From Coprobacillaceae bacterium (lineage in GTDB: Bacteria > Bacillota_I > Bacilli_A > Erysipelotrichales > Coprobacillaceae), in assembly GCA_963675515.1 (NCBI GenBank), contig OY776328.1:2310001-2342000 (forward strand): DNA of 32,000 nt, in the 5' to 3' direction. The position numbers and the translations under genes were made by a program. Under the pieces are notes generated by a model. That model was not told the DNA's origin. It worked only from the letters and a program-made list of their open reading frames with translations, and did no database searches. Of this stretch, positions 19,813-30,133 are shown in pieces (within the stretch, counting starts at the first letter, position 1; each line of letters starts with the position of its first letter).

Positions 19813-20280
19813 TCAGTCATCCAGTCTGAAGCGGCTGCTTTGAAGATCAACAACGAAATATTTGGAACCTTTCTTTATCACTTCGTGGCCTTCCCCTTCG
19901 AGAAGGAGCCGCTGCTCTTCGATGCCACCCGGGAACTTCTCATTGATTTCGCCGTTTCTTTTCAGGGTCCGCCAGTACGGGGTCACATCATTTTCACCGC
20001 GTTCCAGAGATGCCTGGGCGACGATATTGATGAAGATTCCCGCCGTAAGCGGACAGGTCGCATCTGCCTGGTATTTTTTTGCGAGGTGGTCCCGGATCTG
20101 GTCGCTGGTAACCAGCCTGCCAAACGGCACCTGTTTCATCAGGGCATCGTAGTCTTTGGGTGGGGCGATCAAAAGCCGCCTGCCATGATAGCGTTCGATC
20201 GCTTTTGGATCTTCAAGGATAGCGATCTTGGGCATGTCTTTGGAATCATTAAGTTTTTCATTTGCCGTTTTCTTTGCCAT
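19813..20280 (-). CDS. MGMT-family (alkyltransferase-like) DNA-binding-domain protein without an active-site Cys
   Basis: The architecture VPFGRLVTSDQIRDHLA...NDVTPYWRTLKRNGEI...GGIEEQRLLLEGEG parallels the O6-alkylguanine transferase DNA-binding domain. PYWRT stands where PCHRV is expected. Confidence 0.65.
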   Translation of the reverse strand: MAKKTANEKLNDSKDMPKIAILEDPKAIERYHGRRLLIAPPKDYDALMKQVPFGRLVTSDQIRDHLAKKYQADATCPLTAGIFINIVAQASLERGENDVTPYWRTLKRNGEINEKFPGGIEEQRLLLEGEGHEVIKKGSKYFVVDLQSSRFRLDD

Positions 20281-20291
20281 ATCTGCCTCCG

Positions 20292-20978
20292 CTACACATA
20301 TATTATCTCGATGCCCCCAAAAGACACCCGGCCTTGGAGAATCACTTCAGGATAGGTCGAGTTGCTGGAATTTTTATGTTCCACCGCTCCAAAGGTACAC
20401 ACCGTCTTGTCGATCACCTGCCACTCTTTGGGCAGGTACAGTTCGACTCCACCAAAGGATACGTCGACCTCGATCAAGGCTGGACTGGTCTGTATTTTCG
20501 ACTGGTCGAAATGGACTTTGAGCGAAGCGAAGCTACATTCGATCCGGGCCGATTTGAAGTCCGCCGCAGCCACGGTTTTGCCGCTGGAATTGAAGGCAGC
20601 CTTGAGATAAATCTCGCTTGAATGTTCCGGATCGGTCCCGGGTTCATATCGCCCCAGTTTTTGCCTTACTTTCGAGCGGGGAAAGATCATGTTGAGACCG
20701 ATGCTTGCCAGCAAGGCCGCAAGAAGAACCGGCCAGGGCGTGATGGCGGTGAGATTCAGATAATCATCATAGATGATCACCAGAAACGCCAAGGGAAAGA
20801 GAATCCCGGTGAAATCCATTGAAAACAGGCTCTTGAACAGTGCGGCTACCAGGAAAACCGTCAGCACCAGGGAAAACAGATTCAGATCCTGAAAACCGGT
20901 GTAGCGGCTAACCAGCACCAGCGCCCCACCGAAAACCAGAAGCAAACCCCAAAATATCCGATCAAAATTCCGATTCAT
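20292..20978 (-). CDS. membrane protein with a LiaF-like (cell-wall-active antibiotic response) C-terminal domain
   Basis: Four N-terminal TM helices, then a beta-rich C-terminal domain with VSFGGVELYLP and RVSFGGIEIIYV repeats, as in LiaF/DUF2154-type proteins (from memory). Confidence 0.6.
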   Translation of the reverse strand: MNRNFDRIFWGLLLVFGGALVLVSRYTGFQDLNLFSLVLTVFLVAALFKSLFSMDFTGILFPLAFLVIIYDDYLNLTAITPWPVLLAALLASIGLNMIFPRSKVRQKLGRYEPGTDPEHSSEIYLKAAFNSSGKTVAAADFKSARIECSFASLKVHFDQSKIQTSPALIEVDVSFGGVELYLPKEWQVIDKTVCTFGAVEHKNSSNSTYPEVILQGRVSFGGIEIIYV

Positions 20979-21097
20979 AGCATACCTCTTTTCCCAGCTG
21001 GATTGGATAATTCCGGCTGTCTTTACTACATTCTACCAAAATTCCTGGAAAAGTGTAACCCTAACGATCAGCCAATTGTCAGTCCTAGAAAGTGATC

Positions 21098-22468
21098 TTA
21101 TTTTTTCCCCGCGAGTTTGCCATAGTCGATCAGCCGGTCGTATTCTTCTCCTTCAAGCAAGCCTTTTTTCAATGCCAAGTCCTTTACCTTTTCGCCATCT
21201 GCCAGGGCCTCCTTGGCCAGTGTTGCCGCCTGGTCATAGCCGATGCCCTGAGCCAGGGGCGTAACCTGCCAGATGCTGTTGTCAAGATGGTCGTCGCAGG
21301 CCTTTTTGTTTGCCTCGATTCCCTGGATGCAGTTGTTCACAAGGGTCCTGATCGCCTGAGTCAGTGTCGTGATCGACTCGAAAAGACACGAGAAGGCCAC
21401 CGGCTCGAAGGCATTGAGTTCGAGCTGCCCGTTTTGGCAGGCAAGTGATACTGTCAGGTCGTTGCCCATGACCAGGAAGGCAACCTGGTTGACAACCTCG
21501 AGAATCACCGGGTTGACTTTTCCTGGCATTATCGATGATCCGTTCTGTTTGTAGGGCAGCGTTATCTCATTGAAGCCGGTTCTAGGTCCGCTGGCAAGCA
21601 GCCTCAGGTCATTGGCCATCTTGTTGAGGTTGACTGCCAGGTTTTTCAAGCTGGAAGAGACATCAGCGAAACCGTCGATATTCTGGGTTGCATCGAAAAG
21701 ATCATCAGCCTGGATCATCTGGTATCCGGTGACCATCGAAAGGAAATCGACAACCACCTCCAGGTATTCTTCGCTGGCATTGATCGAAGATCCGATCGCG
21801 GTCGCCCCCAGGTTCACACTCTTCATGGCATCCGTGGCTCTTGCAATCCTTGAGATGTCACGTTTGATCATCGTAGCGTAAGCCTGGAAACTTTGGCCTA
21901 AACTCATGACTACGGCATCCTGGAGCTGGGTCCGTCCGACCTTGTAGACATCAGAGAACTCCTCCTTTTTGGCTTCCAGGTCGTCTACGAGCCGGCGCAG
22001 CTGGTCTTGCAAGTCTTCCATCAATACCAGGATTGTCAGCTTTCCGGCGCTTGGATAGACATCGTTGGTCGACTGGGCCAGGTTGACATCGTCGTTGGGA
22101 TGCACACGCTGGGAGATGCCCTGTCTTTCGAGATATTCCTGGGCGATATTGGCGATAACCTCATTGGCGTTCATATTGGCCGAAGTCCCGGCTCCCCCCT
22201 GGATTGGATCAACCACAAACTGATCGTGGTAATGCCCCTTGATGATCGCATCGCAGGCAAAGACAATGGCATTGGCCTTGGTTGTCGTCAGCGTCCCGGC
22301 ATGGAGATTGGCCAGAGCGCACGCCTGCTTGATCTTCGCCAGCGACCTTATCATCTCAACCTCGTTCACCCTAGAGGAAATATTGAAGTTGGCCTGTGCC
22401 ATTCTTGTCTGCTCACCATAGTATTTTCTAGTTGTTTCCATCTCATTCATATCGAATCTTTCCATCAT
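21098..22468 (-). CDS. aspA: aspartate ammonia-lyase
   Basis: Contains YYGEQTRMAQANF, DPIQGGAGTSANMNANEVIAN and GSSIMPGKVNPV (the fumarase/aspartase signature). The IQGGAGTS block favours aspartase over fumarase. Confidence 0.85.
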   Translation of the reverse strand: MMERFDMNEMETTRKYYGEQTRMAQANFNISSRVNEVEMIRSLAKIKQACALANLHAGTLTTTKANAIVFACDAIIKGHYHDQFVVDPIQGGAGTSANMNANEVIANIAQEYLERQGISQRVHPNDDVNLAQSTNDVYPSAGKLTILVLMEDLQDQLRRLVDDLEAKKEEFSDVYKVGRTQLQDAVVMSLGQSFQAYATMIKRDISRIARATDAMKSVNLGATAIGSSINASEEYLEVVVDFLSMVTGYQMIQADDLFDATQNIDGFADVSSSLKNLAVNLNKMANDLRLLASGPRTGFNEITLPYKQNGSSIMPGKVNPVILEVVNQVAFLVMGNDLTVSLACQNGQLELNAFEPVAFSCLFESITTLTQAIRTLVNNCIQGIEANKKACDDHLDNSIWQVTPLAQGIGYDQAATLAKEALADGEKVKDLALKKGLLEGEEYDRLIDYGKLAGKK

Positions 22469-22681
22469 TTCACCCTCCTGATTCTAGAAGGACTTTAACA
22501 CAACTGATACGAAGATTTAAGATATCAAGCCAACTTTGGAAATAAAGTAGTTAAAATCTCCGTCAACTTTGTTTATTTAAGTGTCACGTTGTGATAGTTA
22601 TAAAAAAAATTAAAAAACGATAAGAAAAAACTATCATTTTAATAAATTATTAGCTATAATACAATTCAAGAGGTGAATATT

Positions 22682-23119
22682 ATGGACGAATTAGATAAAA
22701 AGATATTGTCAATACTGGCGAAACGCGGCCGGATTTCCCTGAAGAACCTTTCAAAAGAAGTCTGTCTTTCATCGCCTGCTGTTTCGACTAGGATAGAGAA
22801 ATTGAAGGACAAGGGCTACATCCGGGATATCCAGGCCCATTTGGATCTGGAGACGGTCGGGTTTCCCATCAAGGCTTACATCCATCTGGAGATGAAGCCC
22901 GTGAACAAACCGGAGTTTTACGAATATATCGAAAAAATTCCCAACGTGCTTGAATGCTGCTGCGTCACTGGTGACTATGCGATGATCATCAAGGTCGCAT
23001 TCAAATCGACCAAGGATCTGGATTTGTTCATCGGCCAGCTGCAACGCTTTGGCGATACCATGACCCAGATAGTCTTTTCAACTGCCGTAAAACCGCGGCA
23101 GATCGGTTTGGAAGTTTAA
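22682..23119 (+). CDS. Lrp/AsnC-family transcriptional regulator
   Basis: MDELDKKILSILAKRGRISLKNLSKEVCLSSPAVSTRIEKLKDKGYI plus a RAM-type C-terminal domain. It is divergent from aspA. ATG 22682 follows AGAGGTG. Confidence 0.85.
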   Translation: MDELDKKILSILAKRGRISLKNLSKEVCLSSPAVSTRIEKLKDKGYIRDIQAHLDLETVGFPIKAYIHLEMKPVNKPEFYEYIEKIPNVLECCCVTGDYAMIIKVAFKSTKDLDLFIGQLQRFGDTMTQIVFSTAVKPRQIGLEV

Positions 23120-23120
23120 A

Positions 23121-23144
23121 AAGGAGATTTTTTCAAATCTCCTT
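23121..23144. terminator. bidirectional hairpin between the convergent Lrp and pfk genes
   Basis: AAGGAGATTT-tttc-AAATCTCCTT, which overlaps the pfk stop codon. Confidence 0.6.
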
Positions 23145-24213
23145 AGTCTCCAAACTTTATTCCAGTCAGCCGGGCTGTGGCGACCAGCTCCCCGTCAACG
23201 GGGATTTTTTTCGTCTTCCCTGCGATGTCTTCAAGGGGCGAAGCGATACATTTGTTTTTCTTGATTGAAACCGCCTTGCCGTAATTATCGTCTTTGATCA
23301 GCTGGGCAGCAAAAACTCCGATTTTGGTAGCCAGCACCCTATCGGCGCAATTAGGCGTACCACCCCGGAGCTGGTGACCCGGTTTGACCAGGCGCCCTTC
23401 CAGGCCGGTTTCACTTGTTATTAGGCTGACAATCCGCGCCCCGACATCTTTTTCCGGATAGGATTCCCACAATTTCTGGTAGTCCTTTTTGCTCAGCGCT
23501 GCCTCATCAGTGGATTTGGCTCCTTCGGCAACGACAACGATGGCGTATCTTTTGCCAGAGTCCTTGAGCTTCTTGATCGATTTGACGATCTTCTGTTCAT
23601 CGTATGGGATCTCGGGAATCAAAACCATATCGGCCTTGGTGGCGATAGCCGAATTCAAGGCCAGCCAGCCGGTCTTGTTGCCCATGATTTCCACGACCAT
23701 CACCCGGTCATGGGAGCGGGCGGTTGTGACAACCCGATCAATCACATCGGTCGCGATTTCAACGGCAGTCGAGAACCCGAACGTGAGTTCCGTACCCCAG
23801 ATGTCATTGTCGATTGTCTTAGGCAGGGCGATGACATTAAGTCCCTCATCCTTGAGCATGTTCGCATTCTTATGCGTCCCGGCTCCGCCAAGGCAGACAA
23901 GGCAGTCGAGCTCGAACTTGTTATAGTTGTCGATCATTGCCTTAACCTTGTCGAATCCGTCTTCGATTATGCGCATCTGTTTAAAAGGAGTCCGATGTGA
24001 GTGCAGGATCGTCCCGCCAAGTTCAAGGATATCGGCGAATTCGCTTACTTCCATCTTGGCCATCTCGCCATGCATCAGACCTTCGAATCCGTTCTGGATT
24101 CCATAAAATTCGCAGTCCATAAGTCGGTCTGCACCCAGGACAACCCCACGCATGGTTGCATTCAAACCGGCGCAGTCACCACCACTTGTTAAAATTCCAA
24201 TTCTTTTTACCAT
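23143..24213 (-). CDS. pfkA: 6-phosphofructokinase (PfkA family, about 356 aa)
   Basis: Contains MVKRIGILTSGGDCAGLNATMRGVV, GGAGTH, PKTIDNDI and MGNKTGWLAL. Start taken at ATG 24213 after GAAGGTGGG. Confidence 0.85.
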   Translation of the reverse strand: MVKRIGILTSGGDCAGLNATMRGVVLGADRLMDCEFYGIQNGFEGLMHGEMAKMEVSEFADILELGGTILHSHRTPFKQMRIIEDGFDKVKAMIDNYNKFELDCLVCLGGAGTHKNANMLKDEGLNVIALPKTIDNDIWGTELTFGFSTAVEIATDVIDRVVTTARSHDRVMVVEIMGNKTGWLALNSAIATKADMVLIPEIPYDEQKIVKSIKKLKDSGKRYAIVVVAEGAKSTDEAALSKKDYQKLWESYPEKDVGARIVSLITSETGLEGRLVKPGHQLRGGTPNCADRVLATKIGVFAAQLIKDDNYGKAVSIKKNKCIASPLEDIAGKTKKIPVDGELVATARLTGIKFGD

Positions 24214-24577
24214 AGTTGTTCCCACCTTCTTCTTGTATTAATCATACCAATTTTTAGCGTCCATTTCATTAATTTTTTTCATTTCATCATAATTTTGACT
24301 TTTATGTCCATCATTCATTGGTAAAAGGAAATCAAAACAAGGTTCTCAATCCCATAATCAAGGTTTTCTGTTCACAAAACAAACAGGAAACTACAAGCCG
24401 ACGTCTCAAGCTAAAGCAAGATTGGACACTTTGGCGGAAACATTCAAACAATTTGTCTGCCCGGTGATATTTGTCTTGCAATTGTTGATAGAATGCATAA
24501 TATATATATAAGCCAAATTATTTTTAATTGATGGCGCAAATATGCTATAATGTTGAAAATGAGCCAAGGAGAAGAAT

Positions 24578-24925
24578 ATGAAAATTACAGATACAGCCAG
24601 AGATTTATTGAACCAGGCACTAGTTGCCCAAAACTTCGACACTTTGCAAGTGCTACTGGAAGGAAACCAGGTGCAGTTTGCCTTCGTCAACGCCACTGAA
24701 GATGTAAAAACAGTGAAGTTGAACGATGTCTCAGTAGCGATTGAAGATGAAGTGATGGAATTGCTTGCAGGCTACACGCTTGATGCCGGTGAAGAAGGAT
24801 TCGAACTTCAATCACCACACTCTTGTTGTGGCGGTGGATGCCACGGTGATGAAGGTCACGAATGCGAATGCGGCGATGACGAAAGCGAATGCGGTTGTGG
24901 CGATAGCGGTTGCGGTTGCCATTAA
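24578..24925 (+). CDS. small IscA/HesB-like protein with a Cys/His/acidic-rich C-terminal tail (115 aa)
   Basis: AAGGAG RBS, an extended -10 (TGcTATAAT, 24543-24551) upstream and a terminator downstream. The N-terminal 78 aa follow the IscA/HesB-fold pattern. The tail is SPHSCCGGGCHGDEGHECECGDDESECGCGDSGCGCH. Confidence 0.7.
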   Translation: MKITDTARDLLNQALVAQNFDTLQVLLEGNQVQFAFVNATEDVKTVKLNDVSVAIEDEVMELLAGYTLDAGEEGFELQSPHSCCGGGCHGDEGHECECGDDESECGCGDSGCGCH

Positions 24926-24944
24926 TAAGTTCCTGAAAAATCAA

Positions 24945-24988
24945 ATGATCCAGCTTAAGAATGAATTCTTGAGTTGGATCATTTTTTT
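24945..24988 (+). terminator. intrinsic terminator of the Cys-rich protein gene
   Basis: Long hairpin ATGATCCAGCTTAAGAAT-ga-ATTCTTGAGTTGGATCAT (with G-U pairs) followed by T7. Confidence 0.7.
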
Positions 24989-25083
24989 GTCTATTAATAA
25001 GTCAATTTAAGTTGTGCCGGCAAAACCGATCCAATCAGCCCTTGAAATTTCGCGATTGAATCCATCTGATTCATCAGCCCCTT

Positions 25084-25896
25084 TCAAGTGATCAGGTTGA
25101 AATGTTTTAGTGCTTTATAAATTCCGTCATTGATAACCTCATCGCTCACATAATCGGCCGCTTCCTTAGCCTCGATGCCCCCACTGCCCATGGCGATGCT
25201 TGTACCGGCAGCTTGGAACATGGGAATATCAACTTTTGCATCGCCAAAGGCAAAGATGTCCTTTTTGGCAACACCCAGATAGTCGATCAGTTCCATGATC
25301 GCCTTTTGCTTGTCGATGCCTGGCATTGCGCAATCCCCGAACAAGGCCGCTTCTCCTGCCCCGCCCCAGGTCAGACATTGCAAGTCCGGGAAATTCTTTT
25401 TAAACTCAAGGAAATCATCGTAATCACTTAGAATATAGTTGATTTTGGTTATGTTTTCCAAATGCATGCTTTCTGGAAATTCCATCATCGGATACAGCTC
25501 GCGGATCACCGGATTTTTGATACCGTACTTTTCATATGTCGGGATAGCCTCAGTTTCGAAACTTGCCGAGCCATACAAGCCCTCGTTCCCTTCCATATAA
25601 TAACTGATTCCCTTTTGATCCAGATAATCGGTTATCCTGCTTACTTGTTCGAGCGACAACTTCCTGTCCTGAAGTAATTTGCCTGCCGCCTCGATATAGG
25701 CCCCGTTGCCACAGATCATCCCGTCAACCTCGATTCCCCCGACGGTTGCGCGGTTTTTGGTCCGCCCGGTAACAACATATACCAGATGACCGTTTTTCCT
25801 GGCAAGTTTCAAACCAGTTATCGTACTTTCCGGCACAACTCCATCGTAACTGACCAAGGTTCCATCAACATCAAACAACAATAATTTCTTTTCCAT
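25084..25896 (-). CDS. Cof-type HAD-IIB (sugar-)phosphatase
   Basis: Contains LLLFDVDGTL (motif I), VTGR (motif II) and FGDAKVDIPMF (motif IV). The 270-aa length is typical of Cof/YidA-like phosphatases. Confidence 0.85.
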   Translation of the reverse strand: MEKKLLLFDVDGTLVSYDGVVPESTITGLKLARKNGHLVYVVTGRTKNRATVGGIEVDGMICGNGAYIEAAGKLLQDRKLSLEQVSRITDYLDQKGISYYMEGNEGLYGSASFETEAIPTYEKYGIKNPVIRELYPMMEFPESMHLENITKINYILSDYDDFLEFKKNFPDLQCLTWGGAGEAALFGDCAMPGIDKQKAIMELIDYLGVAKKDIFAFGDAKVDIPMFQAAGTSIAMGSGGIEAKEAADYVSDEVINDGIYKALKHFNLIT

Positions 25897-25920
25897 GAAT
25901 TTATTCCTCCATTTGACTCA

Positions 25921-25949
25921 ATTATATATGGACCCGGCCAGGTTATCAA
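25921..25949 (-). promoter_or_regulatory. candidate promoter of the HAD phosphatase gene
   Basis: Minus strand reads TTGATA (25949-25944), a 17-nt spacer, then TATAAT (25926-25921). Confidence 0.5.
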
Positions 25950-25998
25950 TATCAATCAAAGTCCACGTTCACTTCGCACCTTATTGAACGACACAGAA

Positions 25999-26034
25999 AG
26001 AGCCCACCCAAGAGAAATTCCTTGAGTGGGCTCT
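25999..26034 (-). terminator. hairpin terminator downstream of PTS EIIC
   Basis: Minus strand has AGAGCCCACTCAAG-8 nt-CTTGGGTGGGCTCT followed by ttctgtgt, a weak U tract. Confidence 0.55.
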
Positions 26035-26043
26035 TTCTGGTAT

Positions 26044-27363
26044 TTAATTTTCCACAGCCACATCGGCCAGGACATTGTTTGCGTTGGCAGCTTCATTGTT
26101 TCTGATCTTTACAAATGGCATCCAGATGAATGTCCCCACGACGATGCAGGCAACCTGGGTCAATACCATACCGATATTTCCACCTGTCGCAATGAATCCA
26201 TTTACAACCGGAGGCAGACACCAAGGCACATCCGAAATGATCAATCCGGCGAATCCGAAGTACATAGCCGCATATCCGATACCGCAGCTGACAATAGGTA
26301 CGATGATGAACGGGATAGCCAGGATTGGGTTCATTACGATCGGCAGACCGAAGATGACCGGCTCATTGATGCCGAAGAATCCAGGAGCGACCGCCAGTTT
26401 GGCGATTGCGCGGTCGTCATCACGTTTTGACATCAAAAAGATGGCGATAAGAAGCGAGATCGTGCAGCCCGAACCACCCATTGTCGCAAAAAGGTTCCAG
26501 AAAGGTTTGGCCATGATTTCAGTAGCCTGAGCCCCGTTGGCAACAAGGTCCATATTTGTCTGCAATGATGCCAGCATGATTGGAGTGATGATCCCTCCAA
26601 CGATGGAAGCCCCATGAAGACCGCAGATCCACAACAGACCTGAGAAGAATGCCGCGAAGATGATTCCCAAAGGATGTTCGAAGGCGATAGTTACCGGACG
26701 TTGCAGGATATTGAAGATGAATTCCGAGATATTCTGTTTTACAAGCAATTCGAATACAAAGGCAACTGTGGTGATCAACAGTCCGACAATGATGGTTGGA
26801 ATCAAATCAGAGAATGTCTTGGCCACGTTTGGTGGTACCGCATCTGGAAGCTTGATTTTAAGTTTTTCCACTTTGGTCAAGGAACAGAATAACTTTACCG
26901 AAAGCATTCCGACGATCATCGCCACGAAAAGCCCTTTTGAAGAAGTGACATTGGTCGAAAGGACGTTTGCCACCACTTGGGTCTGGTCGCCGAATACCGC
27001 AGTCACTGTGGTAGGTGAAACAAGGATGAAACTCACCAGGGAAAGCAGACCTTCATAAGTCCCCTCGCGGTTATGATGTTTGGCCAGGTTGCGCCCGATG
27101 CTAAAGGCGATGATAAGAGCCAGGATGTTCATGGTCGCATAATTCAATTTGGTGAAAAGCGGCGCAATTGTAAGAACCGATTCGAATCCTTTGACTCCGC
27201 CAAGACCGTTGGTTGAAAACACTACCGACCCCAACAAGACCCCGATCGAACCCAAAATGGTGAAGGGAATTGTCTGGATGAATGAATCCTTGATTGTGCT
27301 GATGTAAATATTAGATGTCAACTTTTGGGCGATATAGCCCAATCTGTCCGCAAATTTGTCCAT
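26044..27363 (-). CDS. PTS lactose/cellobiose-family EIIC permease
   Basis: 439 aa with about 10 TM segments. The N-terminus MDKFADRLGYIAQKLTSNIYISTIKDSFIQTIPFTILGS is typical of CelB/LicC-type EIIC. It starts 14 nt after the GH1-C stop. Confidence 0.9.
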   Translation of the reverse strand: MDKFADRLGYIAQKLTSNIYISTIKDSFIQTIPFTILGSIGVLLGSVVFSTNGLGGVKGFESVLTIAPLFTKLNYATMNILALIIAFSIGRNLAKHHNREGTYEGLLSLVSFILVSPTTVTAVFGDQTQVVANVLSTNVTSSKGLFVAMIVGMLSVKLFCSLTKVEKLKIKLPDAVPPNVAKTFSDLIPTIIVGLLITTVAFVFELLVKQNISEFIFNILQRPVTIAFEHPLGIIFAAFFSGLLWICGLHGASIVGGIITPIMLASLQTNMDLVANGAQATEIMAKPFWNLFATMGGSGCTISLLIAIFLMSKRDDDRAIAKLAVAPGFFGINEPVIFGLPIVMNPILAIPFIIVPIVSCGIGYAAMYFGFAGLIISDVPWCLPPVVNGFIATGGNIGMVLTQVACIVVGTFIWMPFVKIRNNEAANANNVLADVAVEN

Positions 27364-27376
27364 TGCTGCTCTCTCC

Positions 27377-28239
<863 letters not shown>

Positions 28240-28288
28240 ATAGCGATAGGTAAGACTTTGATGTTATCTCCATCTTTTCCCCCGCTCC

Positions 28289-28322
28289 ACACCGTGCATG
28301 CGACTTTCACCGCACACGGCGT
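28289..28322 (-). ncRNA. group II intron domain V (copy 2)
   Basis: Identical to the copy 1 domain V. Confidence 0.8.
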
Positions 28323-28338
28323 TCCATCTAATTCTTCT

Positions 28339-30133
28339 TTAATTTATTTCAGTTAAATTACATCTCTTACGCAACATGTTCAGTTTTTTAAGCTGTGTTT
28401 TGTTTAGATTGAACTTTTTCAATAGCGTTTTTTCAGTTTCCTGATTATTACCGTGTATTAGTTTATGTACTTCTTTGTGAATAATGATTAGATTGTCAAA
28501 ATTATCGGTTCCACCATCTCCAACGGAAACAATGTGATGACAGTGTATTTCCTCGGCCGTTAGAAACAACTGGGTGATTCCACAACGCCCTTTTTGCATT
28601 GAATACTTTGAGATTGTGTTATCCCGATATTCCACACTTCCGTTTCCAATTGGCAGTTCCAGCAACCTCTTCATAACTGAGGTTACATTATTTTCTAATC
28701 GTTTATAAACTAATTTGCGCCCCTCTTGGGTATAGTTGCATATGTTTTGATTGAAGTTTGTCTTCAATTTCCACTGCGTATCCGCCAGTGGAAACAATGA
28801 AATGGCTCCAATCGTGAATGTGCGATAGTTATTCTTAAATAACTTCTTATACAACGGTGGGGGACTCCTGGGTACTTCATATTTAGCTATTGGTTTCAAT
28901 CGGTTGTACAAGGTCTTGAGCGTCTGATGGTAAACATTTCTAAAATCTATATTTACATGTGTTGCAGCTTCATAATAATTTCTTATCCCCAGTATATATG
29001 AATTATAATTGTGGATATTCTTGGAAATTGTATGACGCTGTATCTCGATAACTCTTTTCCTTATTTCCGCTTTGATTTTTATTTTACTTTTCGCCGATAC
29101 AAAGGTATTCGCAACGTACTTCTTGCGCTTTGGTACCAGCTTCATTTCAAACCCCAAATAGTCCGACCTACGTTTCCTTAGATTGGTAATCTTTGACTTT
29201 TCAGGTGAAACATTAAGTTTAAGTTCATTCTTCAGATATTCCTTGACCGCATGATATATCCTTACCGCATTTTTATAACTGCAAGTGAAGACTCGTGCGT
29301 CATCGGCATACCTTACCGCATACATTTCTTTTAGATTGGTTTTCTTGAGTACTCTATACTTATATGGACATTTATAATCAGCATTGAATGTTTCCCATTG
29401 ATTGCTTATCCACCAGTCCAGATCGTTCAACACTACGTTTGAAAGTAATGGCGAAAGCACTCCTGCCCTGTGGTGTCCCACAGTGTGGGACACCTACTCC
29501 TTTGATGGGAGCTTTCAGCATTCTACTTATAATCGTCAGTACCTGATTATCCTTGATGCCGATATTCCAAAGTTGTTTGATTAACTTGGTATGATTGACA
29601 TTGTCAAAGAACGATTCGATATCCAAATCAACAACATAGTGATTGTGCGTCATATTGGCGATATGGCAACATCTTGACAAAGCATTATGGGTTGAGCGAT
29701 TGGCTCTAAATCCATATGAATGCTTATGAAACTTCGCTTCGCAGATTGGTTCAAGTATCTGTTTGAACATCTGTTGAATCAGTCTGTCATGCATCGTTGG
29801 TATTCCCAATGGTCGTAATTTTCCATTAGGTTTAGGTATTTCTACTCTTCTTACCGTTTTTGGTTTATAGTCCAATAGCGATAGTCTAATATCCTGAATA
29901 AATTTCTCAACGTTTTCTATCTTGTAATCATCAATAGTAAGGCCGTCAGTGCCTTTTGTGTGACTTCCGGTGTTGCTTTTGATGTTTCGATAGGCGAGGA
30001 GTATATTGTTCCTGGATATCACCAGATTATAAAGATCTATCCCGTAAGTATCATTGTTTAAACTCATTTGATACAACCAGTCAAAAGTTTCCTGCATACT
30101 GTAATATTCGTTGTTTCGTAATCCCGTGCTCAC
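28339..30133 (-). pseudogene. intron-encoded RT/maturase/HNH protein, copy 2, with the same +1 frame break (near 29464)
   Basis: Same two overlapping ORFs as copy 1 (251 aa and 384 aa). There is a single amino-acid difference (V to A in KKYV[V/A]NTF). Confidence 0.85.

Noticed and set aside
19840-20355. 171-aa plus-strand ORF
   Set aside because: It is antisense to the MGMT-like gene and has no RBS.
24406-24696. 96-aa minus-strand ORF
   Set aside because: It covers the AT-rich promoter region and the 5' end of the Cys-rich gene in antisense, with no RBS.
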